64,000 nucleotides of DNA. Origin: Gekko japonicus. Its lineage: Eukaryota. The notes under the pieces are model-generated. The model was not told the origin of the DNA. It was given only the letters and a program-made list of their open reading frames with translations, and searched no databases. The position numbers and the translations under genes are program-made. The stretch is taken from positions 310,001 through 374,000 of the forward strand of contig NW_015164216.1 of the NCBI RefSeq assembly GCF_001447785.1, read 5' to 3'. The first letter of the stretch is position 1. Every line of letters starts with the position of its first letter. Positions 36,528 to 49,683 of the stretch are shown one piece after another.

Positions 36528-37021
36528 TAAACATAGATGGGCATTTACTAGAGCACGGCTCGATGTTTTACCCTCAGCAGTACTTTATGGTAGATATACC
36601 CGGACCCCCATGCATCAGAGAATTTGCTCCTGTTTGTTAGAACAGGTGGAGTCTGCCTCCCATATAATACTTCATTGCCCTTTGTATGATGAAGAGAGAC
36701 AGCAGTTGCTGACACCCCTTCTCTCACGTTTTAACCCCCTGGCTCATTATCTTACATATGATGAGGATTGTTTGATGAAGTTTTTATTGGCCGATACTTA
36801 TGATTCTGTCACACGCAATGTTGCTAAATATTGTTACTTGGTAATCAAAAAGCGCAGAATGTATTGTAACTCGAGCCAGTTATGATGGAATTGACCGGTT
36901 TGGTATTTTAGTAATTAAGGCCATAAGGATCCTATGTTGTAGATTCTGTGCTGTACTATTTTGGTCTATTTTCTATTTTGCTTGTCTTATGAGTGTTCTT
37001 AATAAACTTACTAATAAACTT
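36528..37021 (+). mobile_element. 5'-truncated LINE 3' end with C-terminal Cys/His domain (RTEX-like)
   Basis: Open frame KHRWAFTRARLDVLPSAVLYGRY...RICSC...ESASHIILHCPLYDEER...*, then a 3' UTR and AATAAACTTACT repeat tail. TSD ACTTATCT (36520-36527, 37022-37029). Confidence 0.75.
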
Positions 37022-37676
37022 ACTTATCTAAAACCACGATCCACAAAAACTACTATTTATTTATGTATTTATTTATTTCATTTATACCCAGCCCTCTAAG
37101 GGCTGGTGCTTTCAGAGAAACTATTGAGTCCCAACTTTTCATCACGTAAGCTCCCCTGGAAATTCTTCTCTCTTTCAAAAGTTGTTCTTTTGGTTTTAAA
37201 TCCAATGTTGGTTTAAATTAAAAGTTGGTTTTAATCCCACCTTCCATCCAGAGAGCTCAGGGCAACCTACCTGATTTCAATCCACCCCCATTTTATCCTC
37301 ACTACAAGCTGTCAATGAGGTGACTGACCCAAAGTCACCTACTGAACTTCATGGTAAGGGGGGATTTGCATTTTGGTCAGACATTTTGTTTATTTATACA
37401 TTTATTCTCTGCTTTTCTCTCCAATGGAGACCCAAAGTAGTTTACAACATTAGTTTCCCCTCCTCCATTTTATCCTCACTACAACCACCCTGTGAGGAAG
37501 GTTAGGCTGAGAGATGATAAACTACTTTGATAAACCGAGAGATGATAAACTGAAACTTAATCCTGACAAAACAGAGGTGCTACTGGTGGGCAGTGTCTGT
37601 TCCAGGTGTTCAGCCGTGTTGGTCTGAAGCAGTAGAACAAATTGAGAGTCCAGTGTCTGCTGTTACAGATGGGGTT

Positions 37677-38018
37677 AAAGGTAAAGGTAAATGTTCCCTT
37701 GCTCGAAAGCCAATCGAATCCGACTCTAGGGTTGCGGTGCTCATCTCTGTTTCAAAGCCGAAGAGCCAGCACTGTCCGAAGACGTTTCCGTGGTCATGTG
37801 GCCGGCATGACTAAACACCAAGGCGCACGGAACGCTGTTACCTTCCCACCGAAGTGGTGCCTATTTATCTACTTGCAATTTCTTGCTATCGAACTGCTAG
37901 GTTGGCAGGAGCTGGAACTAGAGACAGGAGCTCACTCCGTCATGCGGCACACTTGGGTCTCGAACTGCTGAACTACTGACCTTCCACAGCCTGCAACCAC
38001 TTGAGCCACCGCAGCTCC
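37677..38018 (-). mobile_element. Sauria SINE, full length
   Basis: (ACCTTT)n tail on minus; body CATGTGGCCGGCATGACT...CTATTTATCTACTTGC; perfect 13-bp TSD TACAGATGGGGTT. Confidence 0.92.
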
Positions 38019-38307
38019 TACAGATGGGGTTGCACACCCCTAAAAACCAGGATCATAGCCAGGGAGTGATGCTGGATCTGGGTCTCCTGTCGAATAAGCA
38101 AAGGGAGAGGTAGGCAGAGGTGCCCTTTCACCAGCTTTGGCTGGTGAGCCAGCTGCAGCCATTCCTGGTCAAAAAAAGATCTTGCTGCTTGGGTACATGC
38201 CCAAGTAAGATCTAGAGTAAACTACTGCAACATGCTCTATGTGAGACTGTCCTTGAAGTGTTTGGAAGCTACACCTGGTACGGAATGTTGGAGTCAGAAT
38301 GCTGACG

Positions 38308-38592
38308 GTAATGTATCCAGTCCAGACAAGTCCAGACAATTCCAGAGACAAAACCACTGAGCTTCGCTCCAAGAGACAATGGACTATGCAGATCCTAGCC
38401 GCTCCAATCAGGGGGCTAGGTTCCTGGCCGAGAGCCAATAGGACTCTCGGCCCCGCAAGTGGGGGTGTGTGTTTTGGGTGGCGTTTTTCTCGGGGAATAT
38501 AAGCCGGCCTGTGAGCCAGCCAAAGCTGTCTTGTTCCTGATCAAATAAAGTACGCTTTGCTGAAATCACTCTCCGTCTGCGTACTTTTCAAC
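38308..38592 (+). mobile_element. LTR-like insert (~285 bp) within L2
   Basis: Two CCAAT boxes, ATATAA and AATAAA in U3-R order; CpG retained. TG..CA ends and TSD are not clean. Confidence 0.45.
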
Positions 38593-38740
38593 TTCAGTCT
38601 TGTTCCACCTACACTGGCTCACAATTTGCTTCCAGACCCAATTCAAGGTGCTGGTATGGACCTATACAGGTTGAGACTAACATACCTTAACAACTGCCTA
38701 CTCCAATATGAACCTACCCAATCAATGCAGTCATCTTCAG

Positions 38741-38945
38741 GGGCTCCCTCTCAGCTACGGAGTCTTGTGAGCAAAAATCCTACTTTGTGACCTACTGGCA
38801 TTAGAGTTGTGAGCGAGTGATTTGGCTACTGCATAACTTAGTTTGCTCTGGAGCCGTCCTTCCCGAGCTAAGACAAAAATGTGTGAGTCAGAGGCTAAAA
38901 AACTGTGAACTAGCTCACAGTAACTCAGCTTAGAGGGAACACTGG
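38741..38945. mobile_element. hAT MITE (same family as 57902-58377)
   Basis: GCTCCCTCT...TAGAGGGAACACTG termini; colinear with the 57.9-kb copy. Confidence 0.7.
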
Positions 38946-39340
38946 ACCACCATCTGAGGCTAGATGGGTGGCAACCACAGAAAGGACCTTCTCAGCAGTG
39001 GCACCAAAATTATGGAATTTCCTCCCCACGGAGATTGTCTATCCTGTCAATCATTGTCTTCTGCCAGCAGCTGAAGACTTACTTGTTTTTGTTTGGTGCT
39101 CCCTCACTGACCTTTCTTCCTGTTTATTTGTTTTATGTGTTTTAATTGTATGGCCTCCCTGAGGTCCTTGTCACCCATTTATTAACAGCTGGCTATAATT
39201 CACCCATTATTAATGGGCCAGGGAATCTCTCACAACCAACCAATTCTATCCTTGGGCTGTGACCACCATTTTAATGTGTATTACTGTGTTTTAAATCTTT
39301 CATTATATTTATTGTATTGTTGAAATGTTGTTACCTGACC

Positions 39341-39904
39341 TGTTAGGTATGAAATTTGTTCTTACCAATAACGAACTGCTGGAGACGGACTTCTTTCAAT
39401 GAAGCAGAATATTTTATTGAGTTCACAGCTTGCAAGGTGGAAAATAAAAAAAAACCCTGTCTTGGCCTCCACTGGCTGGTGACCAAAACGTACAGACTTC
39501 TAATCCCGTTCGCCTAGAGGCATCACATGCCATCACGCCTATAACTCTCCCTCTTGAAGGTCTGCTGAGATAGCATATCTTGTGGTCTAAAAGTTACCCC
39601 ACCCCAGCCAACAGTCGAACTCTCCCTCCAGAGGGTCTGCTCTTTCTTATAGCAAGCCAGCCTGCTCATGCATTTAGGTTCAGATACTATATTTTTATAT
39701 AGTATAATATATTATATTTTGCCAGCCTGCTCAAGCATGTAGGTTCAGATACTATATTTTTGTATAGTATAATATAGTATATTTTTATATAGTATAGGCA
39801 TGGCACCTCTGGATTTATAAGATTCATGACCAGAAGTCCCTATTCTTAATTTTGGGTTGTTTGTGCAGGCCTACTGTCTGGTTTCATAATAAGCATTAAT
39901 CAAT
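39341..39904 (-). mobile_element. Possible LTR fragment running into an assembly gap
   Basis: TGTTAG start followed about 70 bp later by TTTATT (minus-strand AATAAA). It interrupts an L2 tail; the other end is lost at the N gap. Confidence 0.35.
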
Positions 39905-39914
39905 NNNNNNNNNN
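39905..39914. other. Assembly gap (10 N)
   Basis: N run. Confidence 1.
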
Positions 39915-40951
39915 GGGTAGACCTTTGATTTCCCACAAGCTGTTGCCAGGGGCCCTGCATTCCACATTATTCATTTAGGCTCACTGACTGTAAGCTCTCA
40001 AATCTGGGAAACTATTTTCAATTATCTGGGGCACTAAACTAATAATTGTACATGCCAGATTATCAACTGTACTTCACAGCAAAGTAACAAAACATCTTGA
40101 TTTGTAATTATGTCTTTATATCTGCTTTAGCAAATGTCAGGGGAGATTTGTGTAAAAATGTGATTTTGTGTTGATTTGTCTGCTTACAAATACTTTCATA
40201 CAGCACCTTGTCTACTTTTGTAATAACTGAGAAGTGAAATGCTATTAGGAATTCTGGTGGGACAATAAAACTACACAAGTGTTCGGATGACTGCCTTTAA
40301 AAATGTTGTTGGTAGCTGACAACACATTATTTTATTTGTGCCTATAAACACTGTTTTAAAAAGCATACACAATAAAAATATGGCTTCCTAAGCAATATGA
40401 AAAAAATACTTGGACTCTCGAAATCTATTTAGTTAACGTTCAAAGCTTTTATACCCCATTCTCGGCTATAAAACAATGGCACCTGAAATGAAACATTAGA
40501 CAATATCGCGGAATAAAAAAAACTGTTCAAAAGTACTCATGGAGGCAACTCATTATAAACTTGTTCCCCACCCCCCTTGCTCCTTGCTGTCAAGTCACAG
40601 CTGACCTGTGGTCATCCCAAAGGATTCTCAAGGCAAGAGACGGTTTTAGAGGTGGTCGGCCATTGCCTGCCTCTGCGTTGCAACCCTGGTATTCCTTGGG
40701 GGTCTCCCATCCAAGTACGGACCAGGGCTGACCCAGCTTAGCTTCTGAGATTGGGCTCGTCTGGGCTATCCAGGTCAGAGCTTGTTTCCCCTACCTGCTC
40801 TTAAATAGTCTTGTACTAGTCAATTTCAGGGTTGGCGCTAGAGAATATTGTCATGTTTGCAAATCTCCTTGCACAGGCTACAATGATTTCCTTGTTGTCT
40901 GTGTGTACTAAGTGAAAGTAATTGTATATCCATTAATTAATTGTATACCCA

Positions 40952-41056
40952 TTAATTAAGCAAACTCCGGAGCGTGACGGAAGACAGGAGGGCCTGGCAT
41001 GATGTGGTCCATGGGGTCGCGAAGAGTCACTCGACTGTGCGACTGAACAACAACAA
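40952..41056 (+). mobile_element. RTE-BovB extreme 3' end
   Basis: GGCCTGGCATGATGTGGTCCATGGGGTCGCGAAGAGTC...GACTGAACAACAACAA, homologous to 34420-34522. Confidence 0.85.
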
Positions 41057-41069
41057 GTGTAGTGACCTA

Positions 41070-41700
41070 GCTCATAGATGAGGCCAAAGTATTCAGAAAA
41101 TGAAAACCAAGGTGGATTGCGAAGAGCTCCAGAAATATCTCCCAAATTGGATGAGTAGGCAACAGTATGGTAATGAAGTTCAATGCAGGCAAGTGGAAGG
41201 TGAGCACACTGGAGTAAAAAAGACAAACTTACACTGATGGGGACTAAACTGACCAGGACTGAGATGGAAATAATTGCCCTGGGTAGCTGAATGAAAATGC
41301 CAATTCAGTGCACAAAAGCAGTGAGAAGGGCAAACTTCACACTGGGATTAGGAAAGGGACTGAAAATACGACTGGCAGCAATGTAATGCCCTGGTACCGA
41401 TCTATGTTACGGCCTCATTTGAAACACTATGCTGTATCTCAAAAGTGGTACTGCAGAGCTGGAAGTATAAGAGGATTAGAGAAAGTATATGTCTTCCTTT
41501 CCCACAATATTAGAACCTAGGGGCAATATTCAGGACAAAAAGCTTTACTCAATTTGTATTTAAACTGTGGAATTTGCTGATAGAAAATGTAATGACGGCC
41601 ACAAGTTTATATTTTTTAAAGGGGCTCAAATAGATTCAAGGAGGATAGGGTCCATCAGTGACTACCAACCAAAATAGCTAAAGGAACCTCCATACCCAGA
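41070..41700 (+). mobile_element. Old CR1 LINE 3' fragment
   Basis: Degenerate ..MKFNAGK.KV.H and MPWYRSMLRPHLKH motifs, followed by a CR1-like 3' region. Confidence 0.7.
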
Positions 41701-44463
41701 GGCAGCAATTCTCTGAAAACTAGGATGCATTATTAGTGAAAGGCTGACTTCAGAGTCCGCTTAGTAGGACCTCCAGGGCAACTGAGTGGCCACCTTTGTG
41801 TAACAGCATGTGACTCTACATGGACCACTGACCTGATCCAGTTGTGTGCCTCTTATGTTCCTAAAATGACCAAACCTTCAAGTTCTGGACAAGATCTGCT
41901 GTTGTCATCACAATTACTGCAAGCCCATTGACCATCCAAATTCAAACAGCAAGGGCATGCAGTGGTGAGTTCTTAGCAAGACCCCACACAATTATGCAAA
42001 TACTTTCCTAGGCCCATTCTGCATCTAGCATTCGCTCGGCTCTCACCAAACCCACGTTGGAACAGAAATTCCCCTCTACCTTGCATGCCACTTTCATTTT
42101 CTTTGATTGTCGGATTTTATGGTAGCACCCACACTGCATGCTGGTTTCACTTCCTTTGATCTCTCGGTTTTATGGTACTGTCTGGCATAGATTTATGGCC
42201 GTTCAGGGGTGACTCTGCGGTCACTACTGTGTTGGACTGAGGTATCTGAGTGTGGTTTTTGAGTGACATCTTTTTCTGTTCCAGTGTGGGTTTGGTAAAA
42301 CAATGGAGCGAATGCTAAATGCAGAAAGGGCCCTAGAAGTCCCAACTTGAATCACTTCTCTGAATTCTTCGCACTCAACAGCCAGGGCTGAGCAAGGTTT
42401 TGGTTTTATTGTGTATGTTTTACTCGAAGTCCCAACTTGAATCACTTCTCTGAAGTCTTCGCACTCAACAGCCAGGGCTGAGCAGGTAACACCAAGGTTT
42501 TGGTTTTATTGTGTATGTTTTAAAAAAAATTTTTACTGTTGTTGCTTGCTTCAAACTCTTGGGAAAAGGCAGACTAGAAATTGACCTAAATAAAGAAATC
42601 AGTGCAAATTGAAGTAGTCAGAAAAACCACTTGAAATTTTCTATTTCAGACAAGGTTGCTTAAATCTTCAGTCACCCCACATTCTTGAGGGTTCTCTTGT
42701 GGGTGAGGCTAAGCTCAGACCACAGTTACCAAGCTGTCCATCTATGGTTCTGCATTACTGCTCATCCTTCCCCAGTTCCTTTCACAGAAGTCTAGTATGC
42801 AGAACCAAGACAAAGCAGCACACAAGGAAACAGGCAACTGCAGCCACATCCATCAAACCTGCAATTTTCTATCCTGGAAGAGAAATTTGACAACCCTACT
42901 TTGTACACCAGACACAAAAGACTGATATCTACGATTTGGAAATGTGTACTCATGAAGAAGCTAGAAGGCAAAAGTAAGGTAGCAACACTCATTTAAAGGT
43001 GCCAATAGAAGATATGTATACAGCTGTAACCTTAGAGTTATGTATGGAGAGATTTAATAATATGCATGCAAAAGAGTATCACTCAATTATAAACAAAAGC
43101 AGTTTATTTGCAGAACAATTTTCATAAATAAAAATATTGTTTAACAATATACAGGAAAATATGACAAAATGAACTTAAAACACATATTTATTTACACCTG
43201 AACAAATTATACACTTTTTTAAAAGTGTGGAAGTTTTTTTTAATACCCAGAAGCTTGGCACACACACAGAGAAATAACCTGTGTGTGAGAAGGCACTTTT
43301 GTTTGTTCCACAGCCTGAGGAGTGTGTGTGTATGTGTGCACACGCCAATCTTGGCCCCAGCTGTAGCCACTGTGTTGCACAGTACAGCATTCTGAATGGG
43401 GGCTGCAGCAGAAATTGGGAGTATGAATATCCCAGGGCTTATGCACACTTCTTGGGAGCTAAGCCATGTATCTTCAAAAAACAGTCACTTTATTCTCAAC
43501 TCCTGGTCCAATTCAGATCAGTATACTTGTTCTTTATAATTACAGTGCTCTAACAATTTACACTAGCAATTTTTTTAAATCCTGTATATATGTTATAGTT
43601 GTGCTGTTAAGGAATAGCCCTGAACTTTTAAGCAAATAAGCAAAGTATCACTAAGGCAATTAAGAAATCCAGTCACACTGAAAACATGAATGAAACAAAA
43701 TACCCTTGGCACCAATGATTCATGAACATGCAAGAGGTAGTGAAGCAAGTACTTCCTTGGCCAGAAAGTATTTCTATTAAAAAGGTGCATAAAAACAAAA
43801 TTCTTGGATGTTCATAATGGAATAAGCTTGGTACTAGAAATCAAAACATTAAGAACCAGTAATCATATAAAAGATATGCTATGTTTCTGCCAGTCAGTCA
43901 AGGTAAACTTGAGCAGGTTTCAGTAACAAGTCCTTTGATTCCAAGTGGAAAGCTTGTAGCATATTCTCAAGTCTTTCACTTGAAATAAATGTGGTTTAAA
44001 AGAGCTCAGCTTCCACGGGATTCTATCTTAAAGCTTGAGTAATAAAAATCATGGGGCTGATTCATTACATGTGAGCTTACTGTTGGGTGCACCTTTTGGT
44101 GATAACACTTAGGCTGCATTCAAACATGAGAAACCATTGTTCGATCAAATCCTGATTTGTGGTGCCTGAATGCAAAATGCCTAAGAAACTGGGGTATGTT
44201 AGTTGGTACCAACCAAGACTGCAAACTAAGACTTATAGCCAGGTTGTTAGACTCAGTTTATATTTTTTGTTTGTGGTAACACCTGGATTCAAACAATTCA
44301 ATCTACCCTACAGGAAGACAATTGTAAATTTGGTTATCACCAATAACCTGGACTTCCAACCTTCTTGTTCTGCATAAACCGTGAAAATCAAAAGAATGTG
44401 GGCAACCCCCAAAGAAATGTTATAGTACTTGTTTCTCATATTTGCTAGCATACACAAGACACC

Positions 44464-46257
44464 TGTGATGGACTGCACCTCAAAAGCAGGTTTCATAGTG
44501 CAGCTAAATCAGAGAACCGAGATAAAGAGTTAACTTTTCCCTGGAAGTGACAGGCTGCTCTTCTTCTCTGATTGGCCAGCACAGGAGGAAGCTATATGAT
44601 CAGCTGAGTGCTGAGGGGAGTTGTCAGTCTGGAGATTACAGTTTAAAGTTGGAACCGTTCTGAAGGCAGTCAGTTGGTTTCTGACAGAGTTCTGGAGTCA
44701 GTGAGTCTGACAAGGTAAATCAGACGGGTTCACCTGTAAAGTGAAAGTAAGAGACTCCTTGCCTTAACCGTAGTATTCCTAACCTGTGGGAGAATTCACT
44801 ATAAGAATTCAAAGTCTAAGTGGCAACATAAGCTGAGGTCCACTTTATTTAGACACCAGACCTGGGAGAAAGATTTGGCAAGAGTGATTGCGGTTGGGTG
44901 CTGAGGCTCCCTTTCAAGCCAAAAAGGAACAGGGTTCATTCCTCTGAGGAGGAGGAGGAGATTAATCCCTGCCCAGCGTCTCTGAGGGTTTAGCTCTGAG
45001 GAGCAACCTAGTCTGCTATAACGGGAAATGGTTTGAGACAGCTCAGGAAATAAAATAAACTGTAATTTAACCAAGGAGTGAGTTAGATTCACAAAGTCAG
45101 TGACCAACTCCAGGAAAACCTGAACTGCCATAGGAAACTCTCTGATGAAACATTGTTGCTATAATTAAAATACTAAGTAAAACACTACATACAACTAAGA
45201 ATACCTGAAAATAAGCTTTAATAACATAATTTTGCCTACTCAAAGAAGTGAATTCTGTGTTATCAACGAGAGGCATTTTATCAGCCTCCTGTTTGTTTTT
45301 CTGTTTGAGCTATTTCTCTGATTAGTCTCAGTGGTTTGTTTGTTTTCTTTTAAGGTAGCTTCTTCTGTGAAGATATTTTCCTTTTAGTGTTTTAATCCTT
45401 ACTCTGATAAACTGCTCAGCGTGCTCTGGTAGGGAGATAGGAGTAGCTGAGCCATAGCTAGAAGTACAGTTTTATTTATTGCTATTTTGCCCTCTAACCT
45501 TTGGCTATATCTTTGTCTTTTATTTTTTCCTCACCTTTTTTATAGAGCTAGATGTTTGGATTGACTTTACAATTTGGTCTATAAGCTTCTAGGTTTTTCT
45601 TCTTCTTCTTATAGACAGAAGCTTGTTACAAACAAAGCATGAGTGGAGATGAAAAGAAGCTATCCTTCTGAGGAATTTCCAGCGCCTCAAAGAAAACAAA
45701 GTAGCGTGGATTACTTCCTAGGTATTAGCTCCCCCTCAATTTGCTCCAGTCAAGGTTTACCCATGCTATTCAGTGAGACAGCTTCACCACCAGCTGATAT
45801 AAGCACCATTAATGAGACTAAAATATCATTCTTTTCATCACCTAAGCTACTAGAAAGAGAGCATTCTAAAAAACATTATGTAAAGATTTGCTTTAAGGAC
45901 TTTGAATTTCTGGCTTCTCAAACATTCTTAATACCTCAGACTATATTGATCAACAACATTTACCTCAGCAATCCCAATCCCTGACTCACCTATTCAATCC
46001 CTGCCTGTTGAATAAACTTGTTCTTTTGTTTTAATGTTAAATTGTCTCCAGTGCCATTTCAAAAGCAAAATAAAAAGAGAACTCCTGCTTTTCCACAACA
46101 AGCTGGGCTAAAAGCCAAATTATATTCTGTGGGATAGAAATTCTTTCAAAAACCTCATTTACATTTTATGAAGGGCTGCTCAGTCACAGCAGGGAATCAA
46201 AGGATTTCAGCAGGAAAGTTCATGCCAGTGTGAGGAGAGTGATAGAGGTCTGTCATA
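44464..46257 (+). mobile_element. Long solo LTR (~1.8 kb, may contain an internal insert ~45267-45952)
   Basis: TGTGA...TCATA (decayed TCACA) termini; 5-bp TSD ACACC/ATACC; GATTGG near 44570, TATAT near 44593, AATAAA at 46011. Confidence 0.6.
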
Positions 46258-46853
46258 ATACCACTTCAGGCAATTATAAAATACAAATCATTTAACAGTA
46301 TGTGACCTTAAGACTTGATGCATGATTTTAAATCCCTCAACAGCACTGAAATAGTAAGTTAACAAACTGTATCACTCCAGAAATACAAGCCCCAATTTAG
46401 TCTCTGATTTTAGAAAACATATGCCTCCACTTTCATGCTTCTGCCACATAAGACAAAATATAATTCTACGAATTTAACAACAAATAGGATGAATTAGTAT
46501 CTGAAATTTCATTTGACATGACAGGGAAATTCCTTAGTATTAATTCAGTGCGCATCTTCAGCATTCTAACAGTGCTAATCAAAGCATGTTCTCATAATAT
46601 GGTTGCTACACAAAGTCAGTCTGAAACTGTCACTGTGGCAACTGCTTCATGCACAGAGGCATTTTGTCTATTATGGCTGCCTGCCAATTCATGTCCAACC
46701 ATGTGGTGTGTTTCCATGCTGTTGCCAGCTGCTTCTTGGAATATTTGGCAATTGCGTGGAAAAACTAATTCTGAAGAACGTGACCTACTGCACTAAGGCA
46801 TTCAAGTGGTCTCCATATGGCTGATATATTGAGAGATACAGAGTCCATGCAGA

Positions 46854-46947
46854 CTAAAGGAGACACCATACCACTGTGAGAGCTGCCACTATACCATTCA
46901 GAATGGCCATACTATAGCCCACATGAAAGGAATGCCCAGTCATTCGC
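46854..46947 (-). CDS. ARL6IP6: ARL6IP6 last coding exon (94 nt, [31 protein letters not shown])
   Basis: Acceptor TTTTCTTTCCAG|; conserved [26 protein letters not shown]-terminus; TAG stop at 46854-46856. Total CDS is 337+54+133+94 = 618 nt = 205 aa plus stop. Confidence 0.97.
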
Positions 46948-48003
46948 CTGGAAAGAAAAACAGGAAGTTAATTAGGAAGTAATAAGATCATTGAGAGTAA
47001 AACAATATCGCATTTTAAAAATGAACACAATCTAGTTGATTGCAAATGGGATTTCACACCAATTACAAGATAAATTATCATTAATCATAATTTGTATACA
47101 CATAAGGTCAACATTCGAGTACTTCCAAAAAAATTAAACTCTCTCATAGGTCCACCTCTGCTCAGATTATAAACAGACCTAGCAATTCCATAGTTTTGAG
47201 GGGAAGGTTATTTTCATTTTCATCTGCACTAAGCTGGCTTTCCCCCTCCCTCCTCTTTCTGCAGGCAATTAACCTGGGCAAGGACAGAGGTACTAGCCAA
47301 AGTGTTATTGGCCCTCAGCCAGGGGCTTATTTAAATAAATAAGGTCCACAGAGACAGCATACATTTTCTGTTATTAATGTTTGATAACTTCTTTTACAGC
47401 CCAGCCATTTCACATTTTCTAATATACTTCCAACTGTATTCCAAAATTGTGCTACAACATGTCTTGTAAAAGGTCAATTGTAAATGGATTTAAATTCTTT
47501 TGGATGGGACAATTCATAAATAAAGTAGGAGTAGTCACCTTATTTAGAATATGAAAACTCACAATGCCAGCATGCACTCTGCTGGTCAGTTTACAAGATT
47601 CTTTTAATTCACTGCCCTAGACAGAATAGTGCTTGTCATTACAGTGTATGAATGTGTGGCAGCATAATTCAAAATATGTTTAATAAAAAATTTTGACTAA
47701 AATATGGGATTCATGCCAATTTAAATAACCACTCTGGAACCAACCCAACAAGCTAAGCCACAATCAATGGACATGATATACTTGTCAGAATACAAGGTTA
47801 TGCCAATTAATACTGTAGCTAATTAACTGATCCTTAAGCATACCTTAGCTGGACTCCATGAAGCTTCCAGTCTAATCCTAAGCATGCTGATGCATGTCCC
47901 TTTGTTTTCACAGGAGTTTGCTCCCACATAAACATAGACAGCTCCAGTAGTTTCAATGGATGGTTTGCCAATCACAATTCAGTTTTACTAAAACAGTACT
48001 TAC

Positions 48004-48136
48004 TTGAATCGTGCAGGTGAGAGTGGCGTAGGAGGAAACATTCCCGGTTCAAAGGAGTCAAAATAGGTCACTGTCCAAGAAAAACTGCAACATGACAGAC
48101 CTGACACTAAAGCAAGAATAAGGAGACTCCAAAATC
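48004..48136 (-). CDS. ARL6IP6: ARL6IP6 coding exon 3 (133 nt, [44 protein letters not shown])
   Basis: Contains the highly conserved [31 protein letters not shown] motif. Acceptor TTTTTTCTTTAAG|, donor AA|GTAAGT. Confidence 0.97.
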
Positions 48137-48895
48137 CTTAAAGAAAAAAAACAGTATTGTAAATGAAAGCTCAAAACACAACTTCAGGCAAAATGCCTTG
48201 ACTCTGCTTGAATAAACAAGCACACAAGTAGCTTAACAGCATCTCAAACCCTTATTGTATGCATGTTAACTGAGAAACCCCACTGAGATAAATGAGATTT
48301 ATTCCTAGGCAAGGGTGCATAGGACTGGAGCCTTTGTAGTTAGCACTACACTAGCATTTTTGCCCATTTCGTCTATAAAAGCTGGTTAATGGAGTAATCA
48401 TAGTTCAGGCAACTGCTATAAAACACTCATGCAGACTGAAACACTACTACAATACTACTGTTAAAGGACATTTCTGTAATTTCATATTTGCAACTAAGTT
48501 CGCTTAAGATTGTCTATTGTAGGATACGGTGGACAGTCTATGCTAGTTAACATGAAATATTAGTAAGTCCCAAATGTATTTATTTATTGAAAACATTTAT
48601 AGGCAGCCTTTCCACCCAAATAGTGTCCCCAAGGCAGTGAACACTAGGCATTAAAACATTTAAAATATTGGAACAGCACATATTTATTTATAAATATTAA
48701 AGCAAAATTTAAAATTTATATATAAATATTTAGTACTATTTAATAATTGATGTATAAATAACAACAAGACTACTTTTTTATCACACAGAATCACTTAAGG
48801 ATGACATTGGCTGATCAGTCAAAACATGAATGGATAATCTATAAAAACCCTAAACAAGTCATCAATTCCCAATGAAACCACCACAACAGTCTTAC

Positions 48896-48949
48896 CTAAA
48901 ATGTTTGTTTCTATACTTTCATCAGTCTTCCCTTTCTCAAAGTGCAAGT
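48896..48949 (-). CDS. ARL6IP6: ARL6IP6 coding exon 2 (54 nt, DLHFEKGKTDESIETNIL)
   Basis: Acceptor CTGCAG| and donor TAG|GTAAG. Frame-consistent with exons 1 and 3; resembles human ELHAENLKNEDDVDTGLL. Confidence 0.9.
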
Positions 48950-49683
48950 CTGCAGATAAAAACAACCAGCAATTAATCTTTATAATTAGAAACATTTAAA
49001 GAAAAAAATGGTTGCCCTACAGTAGCAGCTTTTCTACAGGAAGTTTACCAACTTTGACTTACTAGACAATACTTTAACTTTAGTTAATTAAATCAGCTAA
49101 GATTCAATCTTGTGCTACTTTGTGCAGCTAATGGGGACCCAAGCGGCTCACAACATTCTCCCCCCCTCCATTTTATCCTCACAAAATCCTGTGAGGCAGA
49201 AAGTATATGACTGGCCCAGGGTCACCCAGCAAGCTTCCATGGCAAAGTGGGGATTCAAAGCAGAGCCTCCCAGATCCTTGTCAAACACTCTGGCCCCTAC
49301 ACCACTCTGGCTGTTGATGTTATCATCATTCCTCCACCTCACACTGACAAGCTTATAATCTAAAACAGCAGAGGAAATAAAGGGAAAGACAAATATAGGC
49401 AAGCGAAATCTCATGCAAAGGAGGATAGTTAAATTAAGGAGTTGGCGCACTTTTCTTTTAACAAAGGCTAAAGAATCTGGTACTTTTCTGTTTAGAAAAA
49501 TACACAGACCAAGAATAACCAGCATTAAGACACATCAGGTAAAGGCCAGGACAATTTGTTGGCTGTAAAAAACAAGTCCCTGGCCAGTTCTGCTCCACCG
49601 GAAGAACTCTTGTATGACAGTGGCGGCATAAAATTCATTTTAGGTGCATCCAACGTACGGTAGTGCCTCCCTCCCGCGCTCAC

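Larger units (their letters stand above)
37545..39115 (+). mobile_element. Degenerate L2 LINE 3' portion, interrupted by several younger insertions
   Basis: KLKLNPDKTEVLLVG at 37547, continuing through 38030-38300, 38595-38740 and RTFSAVAPKLWNFLP at ~38980. Confidence 0.75.
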
